From positions 11,962 to 75,961 of the IMG/VR virus record IMGVR_UViG_3300050821_003659: a stretch of 64,000 nt of DNA; one strand, 5' to 3'. Source of the DNA: a virus. Each line of letters starts with the position of its first letter. Position 1 is the stretch's first letter. Shown in pieces: positions 18,376-27,859 of this stretch. The position numbers and the translations under genes were made by a program. The notes below the pieces were generated by a model that saw only the letters and a program-made list of their open reading frames with translations, was not told where the DNA came from and searched no databases.

Positions 18376-18602
18376 TGAGCTATCTCACATTCACGGAGTA
18401 TCCAGCAAAGGGAGTGACGAAACGCTGGACGGTCGCATCGAAGACGGGCGTTGTTCTCGGAGAGGTGAAGTGGTACTCCGCGTGGCGTCGGTACATCTTC
18501 TTTCCGAACGCACTCACGTGTTACGACGCCGACTGTCTGCTCGACATCGTGACGTTTCTCAATTCGCAGATGCAGTGCTATCGCGATCAGAGAACCGTAT
18601 GA
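18375..18602 (+). CDS. Hypothetical protein
   Basis: TGATG overlap; LGEVKWYSAWRRYIFFP. Confidence 0.7.
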   Translation: MSYLTFTEYPAKGVTKRWTVASKTGVVLGEVKWYSAWRRYIFFPNALTCYDADCLLDIVTFLNSQMQCYRDQRTV

Positions 18603-18686
18603 ACCACTGGGAGACACCCGAGGAGTTCCGAAGCTGGTGCCTGAGGATGGCGGCACTGCTCGACAAGAATCTGGAGGAGGCGAAAC

Positions 18687-18920
18687 GTGGAAAGCCAAGT
18701 GACGATCAACGCGGAGCAGTTGTCGAAGACCGCACAGCATCTGCGGACGACACTGTTCGAGATGAGCAAGACAGTCGAGCGGTTCGATAACACGTCCGCC
18801 GCACTGATGCAGTACAGCGAAGGCTTCCTCGAACGTCTGGAAGCGATCATGAAACGAATGGAGAAGATCAATGAGCCAACCATCCACCCCGACGCCGTTC
18901 GCCCCGCTACTTTCCTGTGA
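18687..18920 (+). CDS. Hypothetical protein
   Basis: GTG start after GGAGGAGG. Confidence 0.55.
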   Translation: MESQVTINAEQLSKTAQHLRTTLFEMSKTVERFDNTSAALMQYSEGFLERLEAIMKRMEKINEPTIHPDAVRPATFL

Positions 18921-19248
18921 GATCACGACTGAGACGGTCGTCGCGACTGACGGGCACGAGGAGCATCCCGAGTCGATGCGTCCCCGAGTGTTCCTCACTG
19001 TCGTACAGAACGACAGCCGAGGGGACATCTTTTACGCGAGACATTACGAAGTTCTCGCCACAGGGTATGTGATCCCGTGGCAGACGCTGCCTGAGGGCAA
19101 GTTCGACTATCTGCACTTCTCGGTGCCCACGCTGAAAGCCTTCCGGCTGGCACACGCCAGCAATCCGAGTACGGCATTCTGGAACGGCACGCTGCGTCGG
19201 GTGTACGAATCTGTCGGCCCGAGCATTCCGACACTGGAGATGAAATGA
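18871..19248 (+). CDS. Hypothetical protein
   Basis: GGAG RBS, operon packing. Confidence 0.6.
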   Translation: MSQPSTPTPFAPLLSCEITTETVVATDGHEEHPESMRPRVFLTVVQNDSRGDIFYARHYEVLATGYVIPWQTLPEGKFDYLHFSVPTLKAFRLAHASNPSTAFWNGTLRRVYESVGPSIPTLEMK

Positions 19249-19927
19249 TCCGACATCTGCACATGACGCCGGGGCCGAGCATCGCTGACCCCTGCAACAC
19301 CGCCGTCTTTTACGAGGCACGGTACGCCGACCCGAAGCTGGGTCAGGAGCATAAAATCTGGGGCGGCTGGCGATGCCGTCTGATCCGCTGGCTCGTTCAG
19401 CGGTGGATGCCGACGCCGACCGTCTGGTGGGCTGATCTGAGGAAACGTGAGACTACCGTCACCACCGATCCCCGCTGAAGTGTGGGAGTTCCTGAGGATC
19501 GCAGAGGAGCAAAATGACCGAATCACAGGCGTACAGGATGCTGGGCTGGCCCGCAGGGGGCGGGGAGCCACACAGCGAGAACAGGTTCGTCCTGCCACTG
19601 AGCGGGAGTGAGTCCGAGGACTGGTTCGTCACCCGATGTTACGACTGTCGATGGAGCGGCGTCTCGCTGGGACATATTCTTCCAGAGGGATGTCCGTCGT
19701 GCGGAAAGGCGTGGAGCCATGTCATCGGATAACCGTGTACCAGATAAACCCGAGAACGATCCTCTCGTGATAATGGAGGAGTACGTCGCCGGGGAGTGGA
19801 TCAGGGTGCCGCAGTACCCCCGGCTCCTGCACCCCGTGCACGGGGCCTCCTGCCTGTCGGCTCTCAAGCGGGTGCACAAGTCGAGGAAGTTTCGACTCAC
19901 ACCTGTCCCAGAAGAGGACATACCGTT

Positions 19928-20338
19928 TTGAGCATCGACAGCGTAGTCGCCAATCTCGCGGCCCAACTGTCGCACAGAGCCGCCGTGTCGATGAACGCCA
20001 TCCTCGCTGGCATGGCTCCGAGCCAGAAGGAACTTTTCACCCTCCCGGCTCCGGGCATCTGGGTTTACAAAGTAGAGTACCGAGTCTGGCTCCGATACGC
20101 GGACGGGCGAGAGTGCTGGTCGCCAGACTGGTACCACGCTGTGAACGGCAGAACCTGCCTCGCGTGGTACAAGCGACGGGCCGACGCGGAGAAGGCTCTC
20201 GTGCGTCACAGGGCACGGCATTCGTGCTGGGGAGTCAAAGAGTACCGCGTGCGTGCTGAGACGCACCCCGAGTATCCCTACCGCCGCGATCTCGATCCCC
20301 GAGCCAAGAACATCAACAGACTACGATCTATAAAGTAA
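19928..20338 (+). CDS. Hypothetical protein (last gene before the non-coding region)
   Basis: Open frame ending just before a terminator; start uncertain. Confidence 0.5.
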   Translation: MSIDSVVANLAAQLSHRAAVSMNAILAGMAPSQKELFTLPAPGIWVYKVEYRVWLRYADGRECWSPDWYHAVNGRTCLAWYKRRADAEKALVRHRARHSCWGVKEYRVRAETHPEYPYRRDLDPRAKNINRLRSIK

Positions 20339-20342
20339 ACTC

Positions 20343-20377
20343 GCCACGTACCCGTGATTCGGGGCGTGGCGTTTTTG
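20343..20377 (+). terminator. Rho-independent terminator
   Basis: CGCCACG/CGTGGCG stem followed by TTTTT. Confidence 0.75.
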
Positions 20378-20379
20378 CG

Positions 20380-21700
20380 TTTCCCTTCCTGCCCCGGTGC
20401 CGCCCCGATCCCTCCCGCTGAGCACGGCGTTCCAGATTCGCGAATACGGAATGCAGCTTAGCCAGAGGGGGGTCGCAGGGGAGGTAACCTCCTATGAAAA
20501 ACCATATATGCAGGGGGACTCAGTCAGGGAGTCCCTTAGGGGAGGTATGAAAAATAATATCCCCCCATGCGTCGAGTAGAGGGTCAGGAGTCCCTTGGCT
20601 AAGCCAAGCTCCGCTGGCCCGCGAGGGGTGCCGGGACTCCCCCGCCGCCGCCCTCGGCCCTAAGTACTGACCCCCTGTCAACGCTCTGATTCCAAAGAGT
20701 TTAGTACCCCTGACCCTGTACCCCTTTCGCTCTGTGTTCTCCCCGAGCTAACTCGTTTACAATGTGCAGTTACAGCGGTGGGACGCCACGCGAGTGCAGA
20801 ATGTAGCGTAAGGCGTGTAGAATCACAGCGTTACAGCGTCCTGCACCAATATAGTGTTTTGGTGCACGGCATTTCAGCGTCCCGCGTCCCACTTCAGAGG
20901 GGCGAAGGGATTGCGTAGCCAAACCGACCAGTTGGTTGTGACGCTGGGACACAGCGAAGGGAAAGCGATGATATGGTTTATCATAGATCGCTACTGTTTC
21001 TCATAGGCGAATGGAATGCGTAAGGCTGTGTACTGTGTAAACGGTACAGCGAATGAACAGCGAATGCTGTAACCCTGCGTGTGGTGTATTGTGTACAGTG
21101 GCTGCGTGCTGTGCTCTGCGTGTGGCGTGCAGTGCTTCGCCTTTGGTTCTCCCTTGAGTGTATTCCTATCAGAGTCCTTAGCGTCTGCCCGATTTGCCCG
21201 AGTTCGCCGTGCGTTCGCCCTGCGTTGGTTTGTATCAGGTATTGGCCCGCCCAGTGACTATATACGATACAGATCGATCAGGCGAAGAGAATGCGAAGGT
21301 CTGCATGAAACGTTCCTGACGCTGGGGCGAACATAGAGCGAATGTGACGTATACATCACATTTGACTGATGAGTACACAGTTGCAATTCTGTTATCTAAT
21401 CAGTAACGCATGCGTGTGTCATATCGTGCACACGCGGTGCCGTGCGTGGGTGAGCTATGACGCGTTACGCTTCGCCCTGCGTTCGCCCTGCACTGTCGTG
21501 CCTTGACAGTCTCTGGTCTGTCTGCCTGTCGGTGCAATCGATTGGCCCGATTCGTTCAATTTTCGCCTCTGTTCACGGTGCGTGAACGTCACCAAATGTT
21601 GAACAGTTGGTGACAGTCAATAGCACGAAAGTGTGTACATGGTACATGCACCTTCGTGCCATTGCACGCAATACAAGGAAGAGTAGAATAGTCACAGTAA
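20380..21700. other. Approx. 1.3-kb non-coding region (possible genome terminus, packaging or control region)
   Basis: No convincing ORF; GAGTCCC/GGGACTC repeats, TTCGCCCTGC and ATTGGCCCG repeats. Confidence 0.5.
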
Positions 21701-21709
21701 AGGGAGGCT

Positions 21710-22297
21710 GTGATGAACGAATGCACATGCAAGGCAGTAGCGATTGACGGGCAGGTCTGGCATTCGATGTCGTGCCCAGCGAACGTCAAGGTGCGTGAGC
21801 ATGCCAAGCTATCGCGTGCAGGTCTGAAGGCTGTGCGGATGGGCGTGCGTGACGCGGGTTTCGAAGCCGAGGACAATGACTGTTTCGTCAAGGCAGTTCA
21901 GGCCATCACTGGCGTGCCCTATCGCGATGCACACGCGTTCGTGGCGAAGCGTTTCAACCGCAAGGTAGGCCGAGGCACCTTCGATGTCGTCACAATCACA
22001 ATGGCGATAGAAACAGGCAAGGAACTGATCTACGGCTTCCGCCTGTTCATCAAGCCCGCTGCGATAGGCACAGGCATACGCCGCAGCCGTTTCGGGTATC
22101 GTCAGGTCACACGCTATCGCACACTCGAACAGTTCGCACGCACGCATCGCACGGGACGCTGGTTGCTCTGGTCGAATGACCACGCGTTTGCAATGGTCGA
22201 TGGCGTCGTGTACGATAGCGGTGCCGCTGGTGCACGCACGCAGGTCACTGGCGTTTGCGAGTTCATCGAGTCCAGCAAGGTCGAAGGGGGCAACTAA
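21710..22297 (+). CDS. Hypothetical phage early protein
   Basis: GGGAGG RBS; NDCFVKAV...HAFAMVDGVVYD, a C-H-D pattern common in phage proteins. Confidence 0.75.
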   Translation: MMNECTCKAVAIDGQVWHSMSCPANVKVREHAKLSRAGLKAVRMGVRDAGFEAEDNDCFVKAVQAITGVPYRDAHAFVAKRFNRKVGRGTFDVVTITMAIETGKELIYGFRLFIKPAAIGTGIRRSRFGYRQVTRYRTLEQFARTHRTGRWLLWSNDHAFAMVDGVVYDSGAAGARTQVTGVCEFIESSKVEGGN

Positions 22298-22473
22298 TGA
22301 AACGCATGTGGATCAATCAGCCGTCAACTCTTCAGCCGCATCACAGCATGCACGGCGTGAACGTGCTAGCGTGCGAGGAACGTCCGGGCACAATGCGTGT
22401 TTACTTTCTGTCTGGCAACGTGGTCAGTCAGGAAATGTTTTCTAACTGTCTCTCACTTGGATGGAGGAGCTAA
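22297..22473 (+). CDS. Small hypothetical protein
   Basis: TAATG overlaps on both sides. Confidence 0.65.
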   Translation: MKRMWINQPSTLQPHHSMHGVNVLACEERPGTMRVYFLSGNVVSQEMFSNCLSLGWRS

Positions 22474-22808
22474 TGACAGGTATAACGCAGGGTCGCAGGT
22501 TTCGCTCAACGTCGCCGTTCACGTTCAAGCCGCAGGTCACGCGTCAACGCACGCCAGCACAGCAACTGCAAGCCGACACGCGTCGTGTGAACCGTGCACT
22601 GCACGCGTTTGGCAACTATCACGACTTCATCCCGCTCGATGCCGTCAACATCGAGTTGGCGGATGCTGGCTTTGATGAGTTGCCAGACATGCTGCTGTGC
22701 GGTGCACAAGGATCGATCAATGAGTCTGTCGGTCGCAACCGCTGGCTCTCGCTCACGTGGTACAAAATGGAATCCGGTCGCTATGAGGTGGTGGCTTATG
22801 TCTCCTAA
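22473..22808 (+). CDS. Hypothetical protein with N-terminal ITQGRRFR
   Basis: GGAGGAG RBS. Confidence 0.75.
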   Translation: MTGITQGRRFRSTSPFTFKPQVTRQRTPAQQLQADTRRVNRALHAFGNYHDFIPLDAVNIELADAGFDELPDMLLCGAQGSINESVGRNRWLSLTWYKMESGRYEVVAYVS

Positions 22809-23015
22809 CATCGAAGTGCACGTCACGCTGTTCGACACTCAGGTCGCTATGCTGCATGCACTGCATCGCAGCGATCCGTTTCAGAACACCAACTCACAGG
22901 GCGTCGTATACGCTGAGACGCCCTGCTGGTCGCTGCTGGCAATGCCTGTGCCTGAACTGCACAGTGCAGAGACGCAGGAACGTCGCAGACTTCAACGCAT
23001 CACATGGAGGGCACG

Positions 23016-23267
23016 ATGAGAGGCGGACTGGTCTGGCAGTATCTCGAACGTAAACTGGAATGGGCCGCGAGTGTGCAGACTGTCGCGAAGCTGGCACGCG
23101 TGCAGTCGTATCTCGCAAACCGTCCCATGCTCGACTACACGCAGCCGTGCAACATCGAATCACACTGGGATGCGATATACCTGATCGATGCTGTGCGTCG
23201 TGCGTGCAAGTACAATCACGGCGTCTGCTACTCTGGTCAACTCGCGAAGTACAGGAGGGCACGATGA
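23016..23267 (+). CDS. Hypothetical protein
   Basis: GGAGG RBS; ATGA overlap. Confidence 0.6.
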   Translation: MRGGLVWQYLERKLEWAASVQTVAKLARVQSYLANRPMLDYTQPCNIESHWDAIYLIDAVRRACKYNHGVCYSGQLAKYRRAR

Positions 23268-23431
23268 AAGCTGACTCAACACTCATCTCAATAGCCGCAG
23301 ACCTCGATACGTTCGCACGGTTCTATGCGGACGAAGTCAAACAGGAGTATGCGTTCGCACTGCAATATGGCAGCGAGGAAGATGCCGCCGAAGTCGCCGC
23401 TGATCTAATGAAGCTGAGGTGTGACGCGTGA
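23264..23431 (+). CDS. Small acidic protein
   Basis: AGGAGG RBS. Confidence 0.55.
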   Translation: MKADSTLISIAADLDTFARFYADEVKQEYAFALQYGSEEDAAEVAADLMKLRCDA

Positions 23432-23832
23432 CACGCGACCGCATCATCCAACGCATACAGGATGCACTCTCGCCTGATCTAATCGACAAGCACTGGCAGG
23501 AGCAAGCGAAGGAACGTCCCCTGCATAACTACTGCTATGTCGCAAGCGAGGCACTGTATCACGCGTGGGGGCGTGCGTTTGGTTTCAAGCCCGCTCACAT
23601 CAAAGTGCACATCGGACACGGCACACGCTGTAATCACTGGCTGCTGCGTCGTGGCGATGAGGTGCTCGACATCACAGCGTCACAGTTTGGTCGCGTGCGT
23701 ATCCCATACCGTAAGGCGATCAACTGCGGTTTTCTCACTGGTGAGCGACCGTCGAATGCGTGCAAGGAAATTCTTCGACGCATCAGAATCGAACCTGAGT
23801 ATCTGGCAAACTATCGCGACGAGGTGAAGTGA
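23428..23832 (+). CDS. Papain/transglutaminase-fold-like protein
   Basis: CYVASE...NHW...LDITASQF putative Cys-His-Asp triad. Confidence 0.55.
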   Translation: MTRDRIIQRIQDALSPDLIDKHWQEQAKERPLHNYCYVASEALYHAWGRAFGFKPAHIKVHIGHGTRCNHWLLRRGDEVLDITASQFGRVRIPYRKAINCGFLTGERPSNACKEILRRIRIEPEYLANYRDEVK

Positions 23833-24173
23833 TGATCTGCCCATACTGCGGTGAGCACATGCACAGGACTGGCGAGGTGCCGAAGCGACCGAAGGGAATG
23901 CCGCGTCCGCAGTGGCGTGCGATGCACAAGAGACGCATAGCAACGCGGGATCACATCCTGCCACGCTCACGTGGTGGTGCTGGTCAACGCACGGTGCGTG
24001 TCTGTCACCAGTGCAACATGGAGAAGGGTGCACTCACGCTGAGCGAATATCGTGCAGTGTTGACGCGGTCGAAACGCATGCCGCACCTGTTTCACTTCGA
24101 GCGACAGATACCACGACTGCTGGTGACAGTTCTGTGTGCACGCATGTGGTGGATCGTCCGACTCGCCTTCTAA
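23829..24173 (+). CDS. HNH endonuclease-like protein
   Basis: CPYCG...TRDHILPRSRGG...CHQCNMEKG. Confidence 0.85.
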   Translation: MMICPYCGEHMHRTGEVPKRPKGMPRPQWRAMHKRRIATRDHILPRSRGGAGQRTVRVCHQCNMEKGALTLSEYRAVLTRSKRMPHLFHFERQIPRLLVTVLCARMWWIVRLAF

Positions 24174-24211
24174 CTTGTTGAAAACAAGCCAAATATAGTT
24201 GTATTTTTTCC

Positions 24212-24267
24212 TTGCAATAGTGTGGGCGTATGCTATGATTGTTTCAGTTCAGTTGATTCTTTGACAA
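24212..24267 (+). promoter_or_regulatory. Strong sigma70 promoter followed by a boxA-like element
   Basis: AT-rich UP tract, TTGCAA-16-TATGAT with TG extension, then GATTCTTTGACAA. Confidence 0.7.
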
Positions 24268-24693
24268 CCTAGAGCACAGGCCCACAGGGGAGATTCAAAG
24301 CTAAAGCCTCTGAGACTAGCCGGGACGAGCCGAATAAAGTCGATACAGTCGCCTTCGCCGGGACTGTGCCAGCGTAAAGCACTAATCTAGGCTCTGCTGA
24401 GATGCCGCACCAATGCCTCAGCAACGTAGTACAGCAGCCGCACATGAGGATGCTAACCGCGAGAAACGCCACAAGCGTACGGCACGGTAAGAGCGGAGGG
24501 CACGAGACGCAAGAGCAACTGTCGCTCTAATCGCAAGGTTGAACCCGATACCTAAAATCGGCGGTTTACCGAATCGAAAACGTGTTCAGCACACGAACCC
24601 AGAAAGCAGATTGCCTTCGATGGCACACGGCACGTGCAGACGACCGTATCTGACGACAACGAGAAGCGTATGCTGAGCGAGTGAGTCGATTCT
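24268..24693 (+). ncRNA. Long structured leader RNA
   Basis: No credible ORF; hairpins CAGTC/GACTG, GCTGAG/CTCAGC, CCGAT/ATCGG, CGTGT/ACACG and GAATCGA/TCGATTC. Confidence 0.45.
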
Positions 24694-24827
24694 ATGAAAC
24701 AAGAATACGAAAGTCGCATGGACGCGGCACTGTTAGTTATCCGCATGTGGAACGCGTCACACCTTCCTGAACAGAAACGCGTAGCAGAACACATCTACAA
24801 CTTCGCAGAACAACTGAGGAGATTATC

Positions 24828-25298
24828 ATGTCAGCAGGACTGAGCCGTAAGCAGATCACATCCCGCATCTACACCCGCTTGCAGTCGATCAAGTACGACC
24901 TTTCGAAAGCTGGCGTGTCCACCATATACAAGCGTGGCGGCACGCTGGTGTTCAACGAAGGCGACTCGCACATCGATGGCGGCTTCAACGTCACCTATGG
25001 CGTCTCGACCGCGTCGAATGGTGAGACGTTTGGCTTCGCTCATCTCTACGTTGTCTTCGAAGGCGTGACCACGCAGTACGGTCGCTACGACGGTGAGACG
25101 TTCGAGAAGGGCATCGAGTTCATCAAGACGCACTTCGCACCGAAGCCCGCTGTTGAAGATGACACGCTCGACTGCTCTGGCGTGTGCAAGGACTGCGGCA
25201 ACGGCACGATGAACAACAAGCTGCACGAAGCCTTCGACTTCAACGGCAACGGAGTGTACTGCCTCAACTGTGGCAGCACACACCTCGACCTTCTGTAG
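24828..25298 (+). CDS. Hypothetical protein with C-terminal Zn ribbon
   Basis: GAGGAG RBS; CKDC...CLNC. Confidence 0.75.
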   Translation: MSAGLSRKQITSRIYTRLQSIKYDLSKAGVSTIYKRGGTLVFNEGDSHIDGGFNVTYGVSTASNGETFGFAHLYVVFEGVTTQYGRYDGETFEKGIEFIKTHFAPKPAVEDDTLDCSGVCKDCGNGTMNNKLHEAFDFNGNGVYCLNCGSTHLDLL

Positions 25299-25311
25299 AT
25301 ACAAGGCACGC

Positions 25312-25436
25312 TGATGTCGTGCCTCATGCTAACACCTTAGGCCGGATCGTAGGGGACTGGCAGCACACTCGAAGCACCCTGTGGGCGTGTGCGATGGATG
25401 CAGGTTCGAATCCTGCTAGCGTGAGAGACGACATCA
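25312..25436 (+). ncRNA. tRNA-like domain on an extended stem
   Basis: Perfect T arm GCAGG-TTCGAAT-CCTGC; cloverleaf arms; closing helix with a GC/AG internal loop; no CCA. Confidence 0.6.
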
Positions 25437-25451
25437 ACGTCTGGAGGCAAT

Positions 25452-25670
25452 ATGATTATCACAGAGACGGTGCACGACAGCGGTCGCTCGTTTCGCACAT
25501 CACGTGAGCGGTTCATCAGCATGGAGCAAGCACTCAACATCCACGACCCTTTCATCATGTCCGGTTACAAGGGACTGGCGAACGGGCCAAACTGGGAGAA
25601 GGGCGAAGCGTATGGCCCTGAGTGGCGTGAGTACTTCTATCCCCCACAACGCAACGGAATGGGGCAGTAA
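25452..25670 (+). CDS. Hypothetical protein
   Basis: GGAGG RBS. Confidence 0.65.
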   Translation: MIITETVHDSGRSFRTSRERFISMEQALNIHDPFIMSGYKGLANGPNWEKGEAYGPEWREYFYPPQRNGMGQ

Positions 25671-25767
25671 CGAGGCTAGTAGCCTCGCACAGCATCACGA
25701 CGAACGCTGGCCTTGCCTGAGCAATCACCTTGGCCTATATCGTGGTGCTGTGTGAGTCTTCTGACTC
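25671..25767 (+). repeat. Structured intergenic element, copy 1
   Basis: CGAGGC-TAGTA-GCCTCG, a long CACA...TGTG stem and a GAGTC/GACTC hairpin; second copy at 30347. Confidence 0.65.
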
Positions 25768-25778
25768 TGGAGATTACA

Positions 25779-26168
25779 GTGCTGAGCAAACATCGCAGAC
25801 AGATGTCACCCGCTGAGATACGATTCGCGGAGACTACGGTTCACGCAGTGGACACGTGGTGCTTCGACAACGATCACCTGCTACAACGCATGCAGCAGAA
25901 GCAGATCAGCAAGAAGGACGCGGTACTCGCTGCGAAGTACGGCGAAGTCATCCGCGTTCAAGACGACGGTCGCGTGGTAATGCGGCTGATGCGACCAACG
26001 CAGCCGTTCGCGACTGACAAGGTCGGCACCGTCGTTTGCGTCTCGCTGCTCGACAAGACAATCGTCACCGCATGGCACAATGACCCGAAAGACAATCACA
26101 TGTCTGCGGGCTTGGATGCGTACACTTGGCAGGTCAACGTCATCGAATATCTGAGGAGCATACAATGA
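25779..26168 (+). CDS. DUF4258-like protein
   Basis: HLLQRMQQKQISKKD...GEVI...VVCVS....IVTAW pattern; GTG start after GGAG. Confidence 0.55.
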   Translation: MLSKHRRQMSPAEIRFAETTVHAVDTWCFDNDHLLQRMQQKQISKKDAVLAAKYGEVIRVQDDGRVVMRLMRPTQPFATDKVGTVVCVSLLDKTIVTAWHNDPKDNHMSAGLDAYTWQVNVIEYLRSIQ

Positions 26169-27718
26169 AAACTTTCATCGAGTTGTTCACCGACGCCCGT
26201 GCGGTATCGACGCCGTCAGTCGCTATCAAGACCTTCGACGCAACGTCTAGCATCCTCGCTGTGCAGAACAGCATGTCCCCTGAGGAAGCTGAGTTGACGC
26301 CGTTCATCACGTGGGACGCGATACACGGTCTGCGTGGTCTGACTGACGCGGGCACCGAAGCACTCGCTACGATGTGCAACGATGCCAGCGTGCCTGAGGT
26401 TGGTATCTCATGCGATCTGCCCACCGCACTCGGCATCCTCGAACGTGCGAAGCAGGATGTCATCGCCTTCATCCACAATCCACAGTTGGTGTGGAACGAA
26501 GCGAAGTCGGTCGTGCAAGGGTACGCGAACCTTCGCAACGACTACAAGGCACGCGGCAACATGGTCGTCACACTCTTCGGAGTTGGCGACACGATGCCCA
26601 TCGAACTCCAGCAAGACACGCTGGTGCTCGAACACCCACTGCCCACGCGTGACGAACTCGCGAAGATCGTGCGAGAGACGTACGCGTACGCATACAACAG
26701 CGACCCCAAGAAGTACAAGGCGTGCAAGACAGTCGATGAGACGGTCGTTGCACTCGCGGTCGATGCACTGATCGGTCTGCCAGCGTTCCCTGCTGAGCAG
26801 AGCACAGCGATGTGCCTGAACAAAGAGTCTGGCGTGCTCGACATCGTCACACTCTGGGATCGCAAGAAGACAATCGTCGGACAACGCAAGGGCTTGACCT
26901 ACCGCACAGGCGGGCTGAAGCTGCACGACCTGTACGGCGTCGAATCGTTCAAGACCTACGGCAAGCGGCTGATGTCTGGCAGCAAGCCTCCGACAGTCAT
27001 CCTGAGAATGGACGAGATACAACGTCAACTCTCAGGCAACGATACAGACTCAAGCGGCGTCAAGGGTGACCTGCTTGGTGAGTGGCTGACGTGGATCAAC
27101 GACCACGACATCTACTGCACTCTGCTCCTCGGCGTTCCGGGCAGCAGCAAGTCACACAGCATCGACTGCATCGCTGGTGAGTACGGCAAGCCTGTGATCG
27201 ACTACTCGATCTCACGCATGCAAGACTCGCTGGTCGGCAACAGCAACAAGAACATGACGGTCGCCAACAGCACCGTGGACTCGATCAGCGACAAGAACGT
27301 ATGGCTTGTAGCTACGGCGAACAAGCTGGACGGTCTGCCGCCTGAGTTGCTCTCTCGCTTCGCGGACATCTTCTTCTTCGATGCACCGGACGCGGATGAG
27401 TTGGCTGGCATCATGAACCTGAAGCTGGAGGCATACAAACTCGACACGACTCAGCCGCATCCTGACATGACGGGCTGGACTGGTCGTGACGTGAAGAACT
27501 GTGCTGTGAAAGCACAGCGTATGAACTCCACCGTTGTCGAGTGCGGCGAGTACATCATCCCACTGATGACATCGCAGAAGGAAGCGATGGACAAGTTGAG
27601 GCACGATGCTGCTGACCGCTTCCTCAGTGCTTCGAAGCCCGGAGTATACAAGTACACCGAGCCGACAGTGAAGCACACCGCGACCGTGAAGATCACGGAA
27701 GGTCGCAAGATGCGGTAG
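26165..27718 (+). CDS. Ycf46-like AAA+ ATPase with rearranged motif order
   Basis: ILRMDE, LLLGVPGSSKS, VATANKLDGLPPELLSRF..IFFFDAP and GWTGRDV motifs. Confidence 0.85.
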   Translation: MKTFIELFTDARAVSTPSVAIKTFDATSSILAVQNSMSPEEAELTPFITWDAIHGLRGLTDAGTEALATMCNDASVPEVGISCDLPTALGILERAKQDVIAFIHNPQLVWNEAKSVVQGYANLRNDYKARGNMVVTLFGVGDTMPIELQQDTLVLEHPLPTRDELAKIVRETYAYAYNSDPKKYKACKTVDETVVALAVDALIGLPAFPAEQSTAMCLNKESGVLDIVTLWDRKKTIVGQRKGLTYRTGGLKLHDLYGVESFKTYGKRLMSGSKPPTVILRMDEIQRQLSGNDTDSSGVKGDLLGEWLTWINDHDIYCTLLLGVPGSSKSHSIDCIAGEYGKPVIDYSISRMQDSLVGNSNKNMTVANSTVDSISDKNVWLVATANKLDGLPPELLSRFADIFFFDAPDADELAGIMNLKLEAYKLDTTQPHPDMTGWTGRDVKNCAVKAQRMNSTVVECGEYIIPLMTSQKEAMDKLRHDAADRFLSASKPGVYKYTEPTVKHTATVKITEGRKMR

Positions 27719-27859
27719 TCCAACCGTCTATACGCTCACTCATGACGTTAAACTGTGTGAACTGAAGTCGCATCAAGTGCGGCGACTCAGGCTGACCGAG
27801 GCACGACGTAGTCACAAAATAAATCGTGCCACACATTCTGCTCCACTGGAGAAAACATC

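Noticed and set aside
24460-24520. GGTAAGAGCG and GGCACGGTAA words reminiscent of RNase P RNA
   Set aside because: The conserved P4 elements (GAGGAAAGTCC and AACCCGGCTTA-like) were not found.
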